Origin: an uncultured Eubacteriales bacterium | GTDB lineage: Bacteria > Bacillota > Clostridia > Oscillospirales > CAG-272 | Direction of reading: 5' to 3' | Length of the DNA: 64,000 nt | Assembly: GCA_934401725.1 (NCBI GenBank) | Contig: CAKRSS010000002.1 | Coordinates: 1-64,000 of the forward strand | Shown: one piece after another, positions 1 through 7,975 of the stretch | Position numbering within the stretch: the first letter of the stretch is position 1 | Layout: each line of letters opens with the position of its first letter | Notes under the pieces: model-generated | Told to the model about the DNA's origin: nothing | Database searches by the model: none | The model's input: only the letters and a program-made list of their open reading frames with translations | Translations under genes and position numbers: made by a program

Positions 1-1241
1 GTGTTAAGATAATCGGCACCGACTGCGACGCCATCGAGCGCGCCGAGAACCGCGATGTGTTCGAAAAGCTGCTGCTTGACCTCGGAATCCCCGAGCCACG
101 CGGCAAGGCGGTGACAAAAATCGAGGACGGCGTCAGAGTTGCGGACGAGATCGGCTACCCTGTTCTGGTGCGCCCCTCCTTCGTGCTGGGCGGTCGCGCT
201 ATGCAGATAGTCGCCGACGAGGCGGGACTGCGGCACTACCTCAAGACTGCTGTTGAAATTGACGAAGAGCGGCCGGTGCTTGTCGACAAGTACATCGTCG
301 GCAAGGAGGTTGAGGTCGACGCGATATGCGACGGGCACGACGTCTTTGTGCCCGGTATCATGGAGCTTGTCGAGCGTACGGGCATACACAGCGGCGACAG
401 CATCAGCGTCTACCCGCCGTTCAGCATATCGGATAAGGTCAAGGGCGTGATACTCCAGTACGCCAAGCGGCTTGGCCTTGCCATCGGCATACGCGGACTG
501 TTCAATATTCAGTTCATAGTCGACAGGAACGACCAGGTGTTTATCATCGAAGTAAACCCGCGCTCCTCTCGGACCGTGCCATTCCTCTCGAAGGCGACCG
601 GCTACAGCCTCGCCGACATCGCAACCGAGGTCATACTCGGCAAGTCGCTCAAGGAGCAGGGGATATTCACAATCTACCCCGACGAGAGAGCGCGCCACTA
701 TGTCAAGGTCCCCGTCTTCTCGTTCAGCAAGATAACCGGCGTCGACGCTTCGCTCTCGCCCGAAATGAAGTCGACAGGCGAGGCAATCGGCTATGACGAC
801 CGCCTCAACCGCGCGCTGTACAAGGCGCTCCAGGCGTCGGGCATGAAGCTGCACAACTACGGAACCGTGTTCGTCACGGTTTGCGATGCCGACAAGCCGG
901 AGGCGCTGCCGCTTATCCGCCGCTTCTACAACCTCGGCTTCAACATCGAGGCAACCGAGGGCACGGCGCTCTTCCTTAAGCACAACGGCATACGCACGCG
1001 CATTCTGCGCAAAATAGGCGAGGGCTCGGACGACATACAGAACGCCCTCTGCCAGGGACACATCACCTATGTCGTAAACACCGGCGACGTTTCGGTGTCG
1101 GCGCAGAACAGCGACGGCTACCGTATCCGCCAGATCGCGACAGAAAACAATATCACGATGTTCACATCACTCGATACCGTCCGCGTCCTGCTCGACGTTC
1201 TCGAGGAAACGACATTCGCCGTATCGACCATCGATTCTTAA
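1..1241 (+). CDS. carB: carbamoyl-phosphate synthase large subunit, C-terminal portion (5' end lies outside the window)
   Basis: An open frame enters from the window edge. The protein has ATP-grasp and MGS-like C-terminal signatures (LVRPSFVLGGRAM, IEVNPRSSRTVPF). Pyrimidine genes follow. Confidence 0.85.
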   Translation, partial: VKIIGTDCDAIERAENRDVFEKLLLDLGIPEPRGKAVTKIEDGVRVADEIGYPVLVRPSFVLGGRAMQIVADEAGLRHYLKTAVEIDEERPVLVDKYIVGKEVEVDAICDGHDVFVPGIMELVERTGIHSGDSISVYPPFSISDKVKGVILQYAKRLGLAIGIRGLFNIQFIVDRNDQVFIIEVNPRSSRTVPFLSKATGYSLADIATEVILGKSLKEQGIFTIYPDERARHYVKVPVFSFSKITGVDASLSPEMKSTGEAIGYDDRLNRALYKALQASGMKLHNYGTVFVTVCDADKPEALPLIRRFYNLGFNIEATEGTALFLKHNGIRTRILRKIGEGSDDIQNALCQGHITYVVNTGDVSVSAQNSDGYRIRQIATENNITMFTSLDTVRVLLDVLEETTFAVSTIDS

Positions 1242-1252
1242 AGGAGGCGTCG

Positions 1253-1984
1253 ATGAAGCAAGTATTTTATGAAGTGACCGGCAACCGTCAACTGGTGCCG
1301 GGGATATTCGAGCTGAGGCTTACCGGAGACACGTCGGCGGTCGTGCGGCCGGGGCAGTTTGTCAACCTGAAGATCGACGGCTGCTATCTGCGCCGCCCGC
1401 TGTCGGTGTGTGACCGGCGCGACGACGGCCTGACGCTCATTTACAAGGTCGTCGGCCGCGGAACCGAAATACTGTCGGAAATGAAAGCAGGCGCTGTTAT
1501 CGACACGCTGTCGGGGCTCGGAAACGGATTTGACGTGAGCGCGTCGGGCGAGTGGCCGCTGCTTGTCGGTGGCGGCGTCGGCGTGCCGCCTATGTACTGG
1601 CTGTGCCGCGAGCTTATAGACTGCGGCAGGCAGGTGACGGTGGTGCTCGGCTTCAATTGTGCCCCGGAGGTGTTCTATCGCGAGAAATTTGAGGCACTCG
1701 GCGCGCGCGTCATTGTTACGACGGCGGACGGCAGCGCCGGTGTGCGCGGCTTTGTCACCGATGCGGTGAGAATGCTGGATTACACCTATTTTTACGCCTG
1801 CGGCCCCGAGCCCATGTTCCGGGCGCTCGACGCAGTTGTCAAGACCGAGGGCGAGTACAGCTTTGAGGCGCGCATGGGCTGCGGCTTCGGCGCTTGTATG
1901 GGCTGCTCCTGCAAAACCAAATACGGCTACAAAAGAATCTGCCGCGACGGACCCGTCATGCGGCGGGAGGAGGTAATATGGTGA
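1253..1984 (+). CDS. pyrK: dihydroorotate dehydrogenase electron-transfer subunit
   Basis: 243 aa. FAD/NAD-binding fold with a C-terminal Cys cluster (CGFGACMGCSCKT). It lies immediately upstream of pyrD and shares a 7-nt overlap with it. Confidence 0.8.
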   Translation: MKQVFYEVTGNRQLVPGIFELRLTGDTSAVVRPGQFVNLKIDGCYLRRPLSVCDRRDDGLTLIYKVVGRGTEILSEMKAGAVIDTLSGLGNGFDVSASGEWPLLVGGGVGVPPMYWLCRELIDCGRQVTVVLGFNCAPEVFYREKFEALGARVIVTTADGSAGVRGFVTDAVRMLDYTYFYACGPEPMFRALDAVVKTEGEYSFEARMGCGFGACMGCSCKTKYGYKRICRDGPVMRREEVIW

Positions 1985-2895
1985 GCACGGCTGTAACGCT
2001 CTCGGGCTGGGAGCTTGATAACCCCGTCATTCCGGCAAGCGGCACGTTTGGGTATGGCCTCGAGTTTGCCGAGCTTTACGACATAAACCGCCTCGGTACT
2101 TTCTCGTTCAAGGGCACGACCGAGGAGGCGCGATTCGGCAACCCGCTGCCGCGGATTGCCGAATCCACGGCAGGCATAATAAACTCGATAGGGCTTCAGA
2201 ATCCCGGCGCGGATCACGTCATAGCGCACGAGCTGCCGGAGCTCAAAAAGGTCTTTCACAAAAAAGTGATAGCCAACATCGGCGGCGCAACCACGGATGA
2301 ATACGTCCGCCTCGCCGACCGATTCAGTCGTGAGGAGCAGGTGGGGCTGCTCGAGATAAACATCAGCTGCCCTAACGTCAAGCACGGAGGCATGGCGATG
2401 GGGACGTCTCCCGAACTTGCCTATGAGGTGACGCGCGCCGTCAAGGCCGTGGCGGGCAAGCCGGTATATATGAAGCTCTCGCCCAACGTGACGGACATAA
2501 CCTGCATCGCGCGCGCCTGCGAGGAGGGCGGAGCCGACGGCATCAGCATGATAAACACGCTGACAGGTATGCGGATTGACCCGGCGCGCCGCCGCCCGGT
2601 CATAGCGAACAAAATAGCCGGATACGCAGGTCCGGCGCTGTTCCCGGTCGCGCTGGCGATGGTGTGGCGCGTGTATGAAGCGGTGAGCATCCCCATCATC
2701 GGTATGGGCGGAGTCAGCACAGCCGAGGATGTAATCGAGATGATGCTTGCCGGTGCGACGGCTGTCGAGGTCGGTGCCGCCAACCTGCTCGACCCCTACG
2801 CCTCGCTGCGCATAGTCGAGGAGCTGCCCGCGGTCATGAAAAAATACGGAATCGAAAATCTCAGAGATATAACAGGAGGAGCACACAATGGATAA
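1978..2895 (+). CDS. pyrD: dihydroorotate dehydrogenase catalytic subunit (class 1B)
   Basis: ATG at 1978 is preceded by GGAGGAGG. The protein carries class 1B DHODH signatures (MVSTAVTLSGWELDNPVIPASGTFGYG, NTLTGM). Confidence 0.9.
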   Translation: MVSTAVTLSGWELDNPVIPASGTFGYGLEFAELYDINRLGTFSFKGTTEEARFGNPLPRIAESTAGIINSIGLQNPGADHVIAHELPELKKVFHKKVIANIGGATTDEYVRLADRFSREEQVGLLEINISCPNVKHGGMAMGTSPELAYEVTRAVKAVAGKPVYMKLSPNVTDITCIARACEEGGADGISMINTLTGMRIDPARRRPVIANKIAGYAGPALFPVALAMVWRVYEAVSIPIIGMGGVSTAEDVIEMMLAGATAVEVGAANLLDPYASLRIVEELPAVMKKYGIENLRDITGGAHNG

Positions 2896-3589
2896 CAAGG
2901 TCATAATTGCGCTGGATTTTGACAGCGCGCAGAAGGTTTACGGATTTCTCAACAAATTCGGAGACCGCGAGCTTTTTGTCAAGGTCGGCATGGAGCTGTA
3001 CTATGCGGAAGGCCCCACGATAATCCGCGAGATTAAAAAGCGCGGCCACAAAATCTTCCTCGACCTCAAGCTGCACGACATTCCGAACACTGTAAAGAAG
3101 GCCATGCACGTGCTGTCCGGTCTTGATGTTGACATGTGCAATCTTCACGCCTCGGGTACGCGCGAGATGATGGAGGCGGCGCTCGAGGGACTTACGCGCG
3201 CGGACGGCAGCCGCCCGCTGCTCATCGCGGTGACGCAGCTGACCAGCACCGACGAGCGCGCGCTGCACGAGGAGCTGCTTATCGAGCGCCCGATGAAAGA
3301 GGTCGTTATGTCCTATGCGGCGCGGGCCAAGGATGCCGGGCTTGACGGCGTGGTCTGCTCGCCGATGGAATCCGCCGCGGCGCACGAGAGATGCGGCAGT
3401 GGCTTTCTGACAGTGACGCCCGGCGTACGTTTTGCAGACGGCGACAAGGGCGATCAGAAGCGCGTCATGACGCCCGCCGAGGCACGCAGAATCGGCTCGG
3501 ACTACATCGTCGTCGGCCGTCCGATAACGGCGGCAGCTGACCCGGTAGCGGCATATGACCGCTGTGTAAGCGAATTTTCCGGTAACTGA
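2888..3589 (+). CDS. pyrF: orotidine 5'-phosphate decarboxylase
   Basis: 233 aa. OMP decarboxylase motifs are present (IIALDF, FLDLKLHDIPNTV). It overlaps the pyrD stop. Confidence 0.9.
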   Translation: MDNKVIIALDFDSAQKVYGFLNKFGDRELFVKVGMELYYAEGPTIIREIKKRGHKIFLDLKLHDIPNTVKKAMHVLSGLDVDMCNLHASGTREMMEAALEGLTRADGSRPLLIAVTQLTSTDERALHEELLIERPMKEVVMSYAARAKDAGLDGVVCSPMESAAAHERCGSGFLTVTPGVRFADGDKGDQKRVMTPAEARRIGSDYIVVGRPITAAADPVAAYDRCVSEFSGN

Positions 3590-3596
3590 GGAGGAT

Positions 3597-4244
3597 ATGA
3601 TAGTGGAAGCAACAAACGAACGCATAGCACGCGAGCTATTGTCGATCCGCGCGGTATTTTTCCGTCCGAACGAGCCGTTCACCTGGGCGAGCGGCATAAA
3701 AAGCCCGGTTTACTGCGATAACCGACTTATTCTTACCGCGCCCGAAGTCAGAGGCGACGTCGAGCACGCCATAGCCGAGACGGTAAAGCGCGAATATCCC
3801 GACACAGAGGTGCTCATGGGAACCTCGACTGCGGGAATCGCACATGCCGCCATTGCGGCTGAAATACTCGGCCTCCCCATGGGATATGTCCGCTCGGGAG
3901 CCAAGGATCACGGTCGTCAGAATCAGATTGAGGGGCGGCTGGAGCCGGGGCAGAAGGTCGTCGTGATTGAGGATCTTATCTCGACCGCAGGAAGTGTGCT
4001 CGAGGTTGTCGAGGTGCTGCGCGCTGCCGGTGCCGAGGTGCTCGGAATCGTGAGCATATTCACCTACGGCATGAAAAAGGGACTCGACAGACTCGCCGCG
4101 GCCGGCGTGCGCAACGTCAGCCTTACCGATTTTGACACCGTTGCCCGCATTGCCGGAGAGCAGGGCTACATCGCGCCCACGGACGTCCGCCGCCTGCTCG
4201 CCTTCCGCGACAATCCCTCGGACGAGAGCTGGATAGGAGCGTGA
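3597..4244 (+). CDS. pyrE: orotate phosphoribosyltransferase
   Basis: 215 aa. PRTase motif (VVVIEDLISTAGS) with an OPRTase-type N-terminus. Confidence 0.9.
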   Translation: MIVEATNERIARELLSIRAVFFRPNEPFTWASGIKSPVYCDNRLILTAPEVRGDVEHAIAETVKREYPDTEVLMGTSTAGIAHAAIAAEILGLPMGYVRSGAKDHGRQNQIEGRLEPGQKVVVIEDLISTAGSVLEVVEVLRAAGAEVLGIVSIFTYGMKKGLDRLAAAGVRNVSLTDFDTVARIAGEQGYIAPTDVRRLLAFRDNPSDESWIGA

Positions 4245-5336
4245 TGACATATCAAAAACGTAATTGATATTCTTGACCTGTCAGTCGGCGAGATTGACCG
4301 GCTTATCGAGACCGCGGAGGACATTTCGGCAAATCCTCAGAAATACGATGACGCGATGAAGCACCGCACGCTTGCGGCGCTGTTTTTCGAACCGTCGACG
4401 CGTACGCGGCTCAGCTTTGAGTCGGCGATGCTGTCGCTCGGCGGCAATGTCATAGGCTTTTCCGACGCCGCCACCTGCTCGGCGACCAAGGGAGAAACGC
4501 TGGCGGACACCGTCACCGTCGTGTCGGGCTACGCCGACATTATCGCCATGCGTCACCCCAAAGAGGGCGCGCCGATTGTGGCGTGCGAGCATGCATATGT
4601 TCCCGTCATAAACGCTGGCGACGGCGGGCATTATCACCCCACTCAGACGCTCGCCGACCTGCTTACGATAAAGCATGAAAAGGGAAGGCTCGACAACCTG
4701 ACCGTCGGCTTCTGCGGAGACCTCAAGTACGGCAGAACCGTCCACTCACTCATAGACGCCATGGCGCGCTATCCCGGTATTCGCTTTGTCCTGATTTCTC
4801 CGGACGAGCTGAAGCTGCCCGATTTTGTGCTCGACGGCACCATCCGGCGGCACGGAATTCCGTTTGTCGAGAGCGCCTCGCTCGAGAGTGAGATAGGCGG
4901 GCTTGACATTCTGTACATGACGCGCGTCCAAAAGGAGCGCTTTGACGACCTTGGGACTTATGACCGGCTTAAAGACGTCTACATCCTGACCGAGGAAAAA
5001 ATGAAGATGGCCAGGTCCGACATGATAGTCATGCACCCGCTGCCTCGCGTCAACGAAATTCCCGCATCCATCGACCGCGACCCGCGCGCCTGCTATTTCA
5101 AGCAGACCGTCAACGGTAAGCTGATGCGCATGGCGCTCATACTAAAGCTCTTTGCCGAGCGCGAGCTGCCCGACGTTGACAGAAGAAAGGGAAGCCCCGC
5201 CGCGTACGACGGAGTGTGCCGGAATGTGCACTGCATCACCGCCTCTGAGCGCTGGCTCGAGCCCGGCTTCTACCGTGACCCGGACGGCGTCCTCCACTGC
5301 GCCTACTGCGACGCGGTTGTCACTGAGAACGAATAA
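4244..5336 (+). CDS. pyrB: aspartate carbamoyltransferase catalytic chain with a C-terminal PyrI-like zinc domain; apparent frameshift at the 5' end
   Basis: STRTR and HPTQ motifs are present. A continuous frame runs from 4248 with an ATCase-like N-terminus (NVIDILDLSVGEIDRLIETAED) but has no in-frame start codon. An ATG at 4244 overlaps the pyrE stop but is one base out of frame across an A5 run at 4254-4258. The C-terminal ~60 aa carry CxxxxC...CxxC with NVHCITASE, matching the PyrI zinc domain. Confidence 0.8.
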
Positions 5337-5338
5337 AA

Positions 5339-5378
5339 GCATCAAAGACCCCGGATTTCCGGGGTCTTTGATGCTTTC
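5339..5378 (+). terminator. intrinsic terminator after pyrB
   Basis: A 16-bp inverted repeat (GCATCAAAGACCCCGG / CCGGGGTCTTTGATGC) is followed by a short T run. Confidence 0.6.
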
Positions 5379-5462
5379 ACACAAAATTCATATTTTTGTT
5401 CCCGTTACGACACATACTTATTATACAATCTGAAATACATACATTAAGGAGAAAAACACGAC

Positions 5463-7286
5463 ATGAAAGAAGTAAAATCCCCACGCAAGCCGTTGTTGTA
5501 TTACTACATTATCGTTCTGATGGTGATACTGTTTTTTAACATGGTAGTCTCGCCGCTGCTGACGAGCGTAAAGGTGCAGGAGGTCGATTACGGAACCTTC
5601 ATGAAGATGATTGAGGAGAAGAACATCGGCAGCGTCGAAGTCAATGACTCCGAGATAGTCTTCACAGACAAGGAAGAAAAGCAGATATACAAGACGGGCG
5701 CTATGAACGATCCCGGCCTTACCGACCGTCTTTATGGTTGTGGAGCGCCATTCTCCAGCAGTACTGATAAGACCATGTCCCCGCTGCTAAGTCTCTTCCT
5801 GACTGTCATACTTCCTATTCTGATATTCTTCGGAATCGGACAGTATATGAGCAAAAAGCTGATGTCGCAGGCGGGCGGTCCCAACGCCATGGCCTTCGGT
5901 ATGGGTAAGAGCAACGCCAAGGTTTACGTTCCTTCGACGGACGGAATAAAGTTTGACGATGTCGCGGGCGAGGATGAGGCCAAGGAGAGCCTCGCCGAGG
6001 TCGTCGACTACCTGCACAACCCGCATAAATACACCGACGTCGGCGCGTCCATGCCCAAGGGCGTGCTGCTCGTAGGCCCTCCCGGCACAGGTAAGACTAT
6101 GCTCGCAAAGGCTGTCGCAGGCGAGGCGGGCGTGCCGTTCTTCTCCATTTCCGGCTCTGATTTTGTCGAAATGTTCGTCGGCATGGGCGCGTCCAAGGTG
6201 CGCGACCTGTTCCGTCAGGCCAAGGAGAAAGCCCCCTGCATCGTCTTTATCGACGAGATAGACGCGATAGGCAAAAAGCGCGAAGGCCAGCTCGGCGGCA
6301 ACGACGAGCGCGAGCAGACGCTCAACCAGCTCCTCACCGAAATGGACGGCTTTGAGGGCAACAACGGCGTCATAATACTCGCCGCCACCAACCGTCCCGA
6401 GTCGCTCGACCCGGCGCTGACGCGTCCCGGACGCTTTGACCGCCGGGTTCCCGTTGAGCTACCCGACCTTGCCGGACGCGAGGCCATTCTCCGCGTTCAT
6501 GCAAAGAAAATCAAGACTGCGGACAATGTTGACTTCCACACCATCGCCCGCATGGCGTCCGGAACCTCCGGCGCCGAGCTTGCGAATATCATAAACGAAG
6601 CGGCGCTGCGCGCCGTGCGCAGCGGGCGCACGGTCGTTGAGCAGGCAGATCTCGAGGAGAGCATCGAGGTTGTTATCGCGGGATACCAGAAGAAGAACGC
6701 CATCATGACGGATGCCGAAAAGAAGGTCGTGGCGTATCACGAGATAGGTCACGCGCTTGTGGCCGCGCTTCAGACTGATTCCGCGCCGGTTCAGAAGATA
6801 ACCATCATCCCGCGCACCTCGGGCGCGCTCGGCTATACGATGCAGGTCGAGCAAGGCGACAAGGTGCTGATGACCAAAAAGGAAATCGAGAACAAGATCG
6901 CCACCCTCACGGGTGGTCGCGCGGCAGAGGAGCTTATTTTCGGCGAGATTACGACCGGAGCCTCCAACGATATTGAGCAAGCAACCAAGCTCGCCCGCGC
7001 CATGATAACCCGCTACGGCATGACCGACGAGTTCGACATGGTGGCCATGGAAACGGTGACGAACCAGTACCTCGGCGGCGACACCACGCTTGCGTGCTCG
7101 GCAGATACGCAGAAGGAGATTGACCGAAAGGTTGTCGAGACGGTGCGTACACAGCACGAAAAAGCACGCCGCCTGCTCTCCGAGAATCGCGGCAAGCTCG
7201 ACGAGCTGGCATCCTTCCTCTACGAGAAGGAAACCATAACCGGCAGTGAATTCATGACCATCCTCAAGTCGGAGGAGGGTGAGTGA
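5463..7286 (+). CDS. ftsH: ATP-dependent zinc metalloprotease FtsH
   Basis: 607 aa. N-terminal TM helices, Walker A (GPPGTGKT), AAA second region of homology, and an HEIGHAL zinc site. Confidence 0.95.
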   Translation: MKEVKSPRKPLLYYYIIVLMVILFFNMVVSPLLTSVKVQEVDYGTFMKMIEEKNIGSVEVNDSEIVFTDKEEKQIYKTGAMNDPGLTDRLYGCGAPFSSSTDKTMSPLLSLFLTVILPILIFFGIGQYMSKKLMSQAGGPNAMAFGMGKSNAKVYVPSTDGIKFDDVAGEDEAKESLAEVVDYLHNPHKYTDVGASMPKGVLLVGPPGTGKTMLAKAVAGEAGVPFFSISGSDFVEMFVGMGASKVRDLFRQAKEKAPCIVFIDEIDAIGKKREGQLGGNDEREQTLNQLLTEMDGFEGNNGVIILAATNRPESLDPALTRPGRFDRRVPVELPDLAGREAILRVHAKKIKTADNVDFHTIARMASGTSGAELANIINEAALRAVRSGRTVVEQADLEESIEVVIAGYQKKNAIMTDAEKKVVAYHEIGHALVAALQTDSAPVQKITIIPRTSGALGYTMQVEQGDKVLMTKKEIENKIATLTGGRAAEELIFGEITTGASNDIEQATKLARAMITRYGMTDEFDMVAMETVTNQYLGGDTTLACSADTQKEIDRKVVETVRTQHEKARRLLSENRGKLDELASFLYEKETITGSEFMTILKSEEGE

Positions 7287-7287
7287 T

Positions 7288-7830
7288 ATGAGAAGACGTT
7301 CGGGCATTGACTGGCTCGCGTTAGTGCTCGGAATCCTGCTTACGGCGCTCGGAGTATTCACGCTTGTCCGCCCTGACGGAGCGCTGACGTGGGTCAGACT
7401 CGTGTACGGCCTCGGCGCTATCACAATGGGTGTGCGTGACGTGGTGGTATACATCCGCATAGCGCGCTTTACCGGATTCGGCCCTATGCTTTCGTTGATT
7501 TCGGGCATACTCAGCGTTATGTGCGGCGCTATGCTCGTCGCCAATCCCGGACTTAGCCGTCGGGCGCTGACGGTGCTGCTCCCGGTGTGGTTCATAGCCC
7601 ACTGCATATACGGCCTGACACATGCAGGCTTGATACGCCTCTCGGGACGGCGCGTACTTTATTTTGCCTCGCTCGTACTGAACATTCTCGGACTGATACT
7701 CGGTTTTCTCATGCTCCTCAGTCCCGCGCTGTCATTTATGACGCTCCGGGTCGTAGGCTACATGGTAGCGTTCTACCTCATCGTGTTCGGCGTCGAATAC
7801 GTTGTGTCGGCCTTTGACAGCTGGGATTGA
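7288..7830 (+). CDS. small integral membrane protein, HdeD/DUF308-like
   Basis: About 180 aa with 5-6 predicted TM helices and no catalytic motifs. The family call is by architecture only. Confidence 0.45.
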   Translation: MRRRSGIDWLALVLGILLTALGVFTLVRPDGALTWVRLVYGLGAITMGVRDVVVYIRIARFTGFGPMLSLISGILSVMCGAMLVANPGLSRRALTVLLPVWFIAHCIYGLTHAGLIRLSGRRVLYFASLVLNILGLILGFLMLLSPALSFMTLRVVGYMVAFYLIVFGVEYVVSAFDSWD

Positions 7831-7852
7831 TTATAATTGTCATAATTTTGAT

Positions 7853-7889
7853 GCCCCGGAGCCGATTGCGGCGGCTCCGGGGCGTTTTT
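7853..7889 (+). terminator. intrinsic terminator
   Basis: Hairpin GCCCCGGAGCC...GGCTCCGGGGC followed by TTTTT. Confidence 0.85.
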
Positions 7890-7901
7890 GTACGGTTTTT
7901 A

Positions 7902-7930
7902 TTGACAAGAGGACGGGGAAGAGATATAAT
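7902..7930 (+). promoter_or_regulatory. consensus sigma-A promoter for the islet operon
   Basis: TTGACA, a 17-nt spacer, then TATAAT. A GGAGGA RBS follows 40 nt downstream, ahead of the ATG at 7976. Confidence 0.7.
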
Positions 7931-7975
7931 AATATTCGAAGATATTGACATTTTGGATTTTGGAGGATTATATCT

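Noticed and set aside
1927-2904. 325-aa ORF on the minus strand, antisense to pyrD
   Set aside because: It lies entirely within a strongly supported gene on the other strand. Long antisense ORFs are expected at about 60% GC. Its composition is Arg/Gly-rich with no motifs.
6459-7607. 382-aa ORF antisense to ftsH and the DUF308 gene
   Set aside because: It spans two real genes on the opposite strand and has no motifs.
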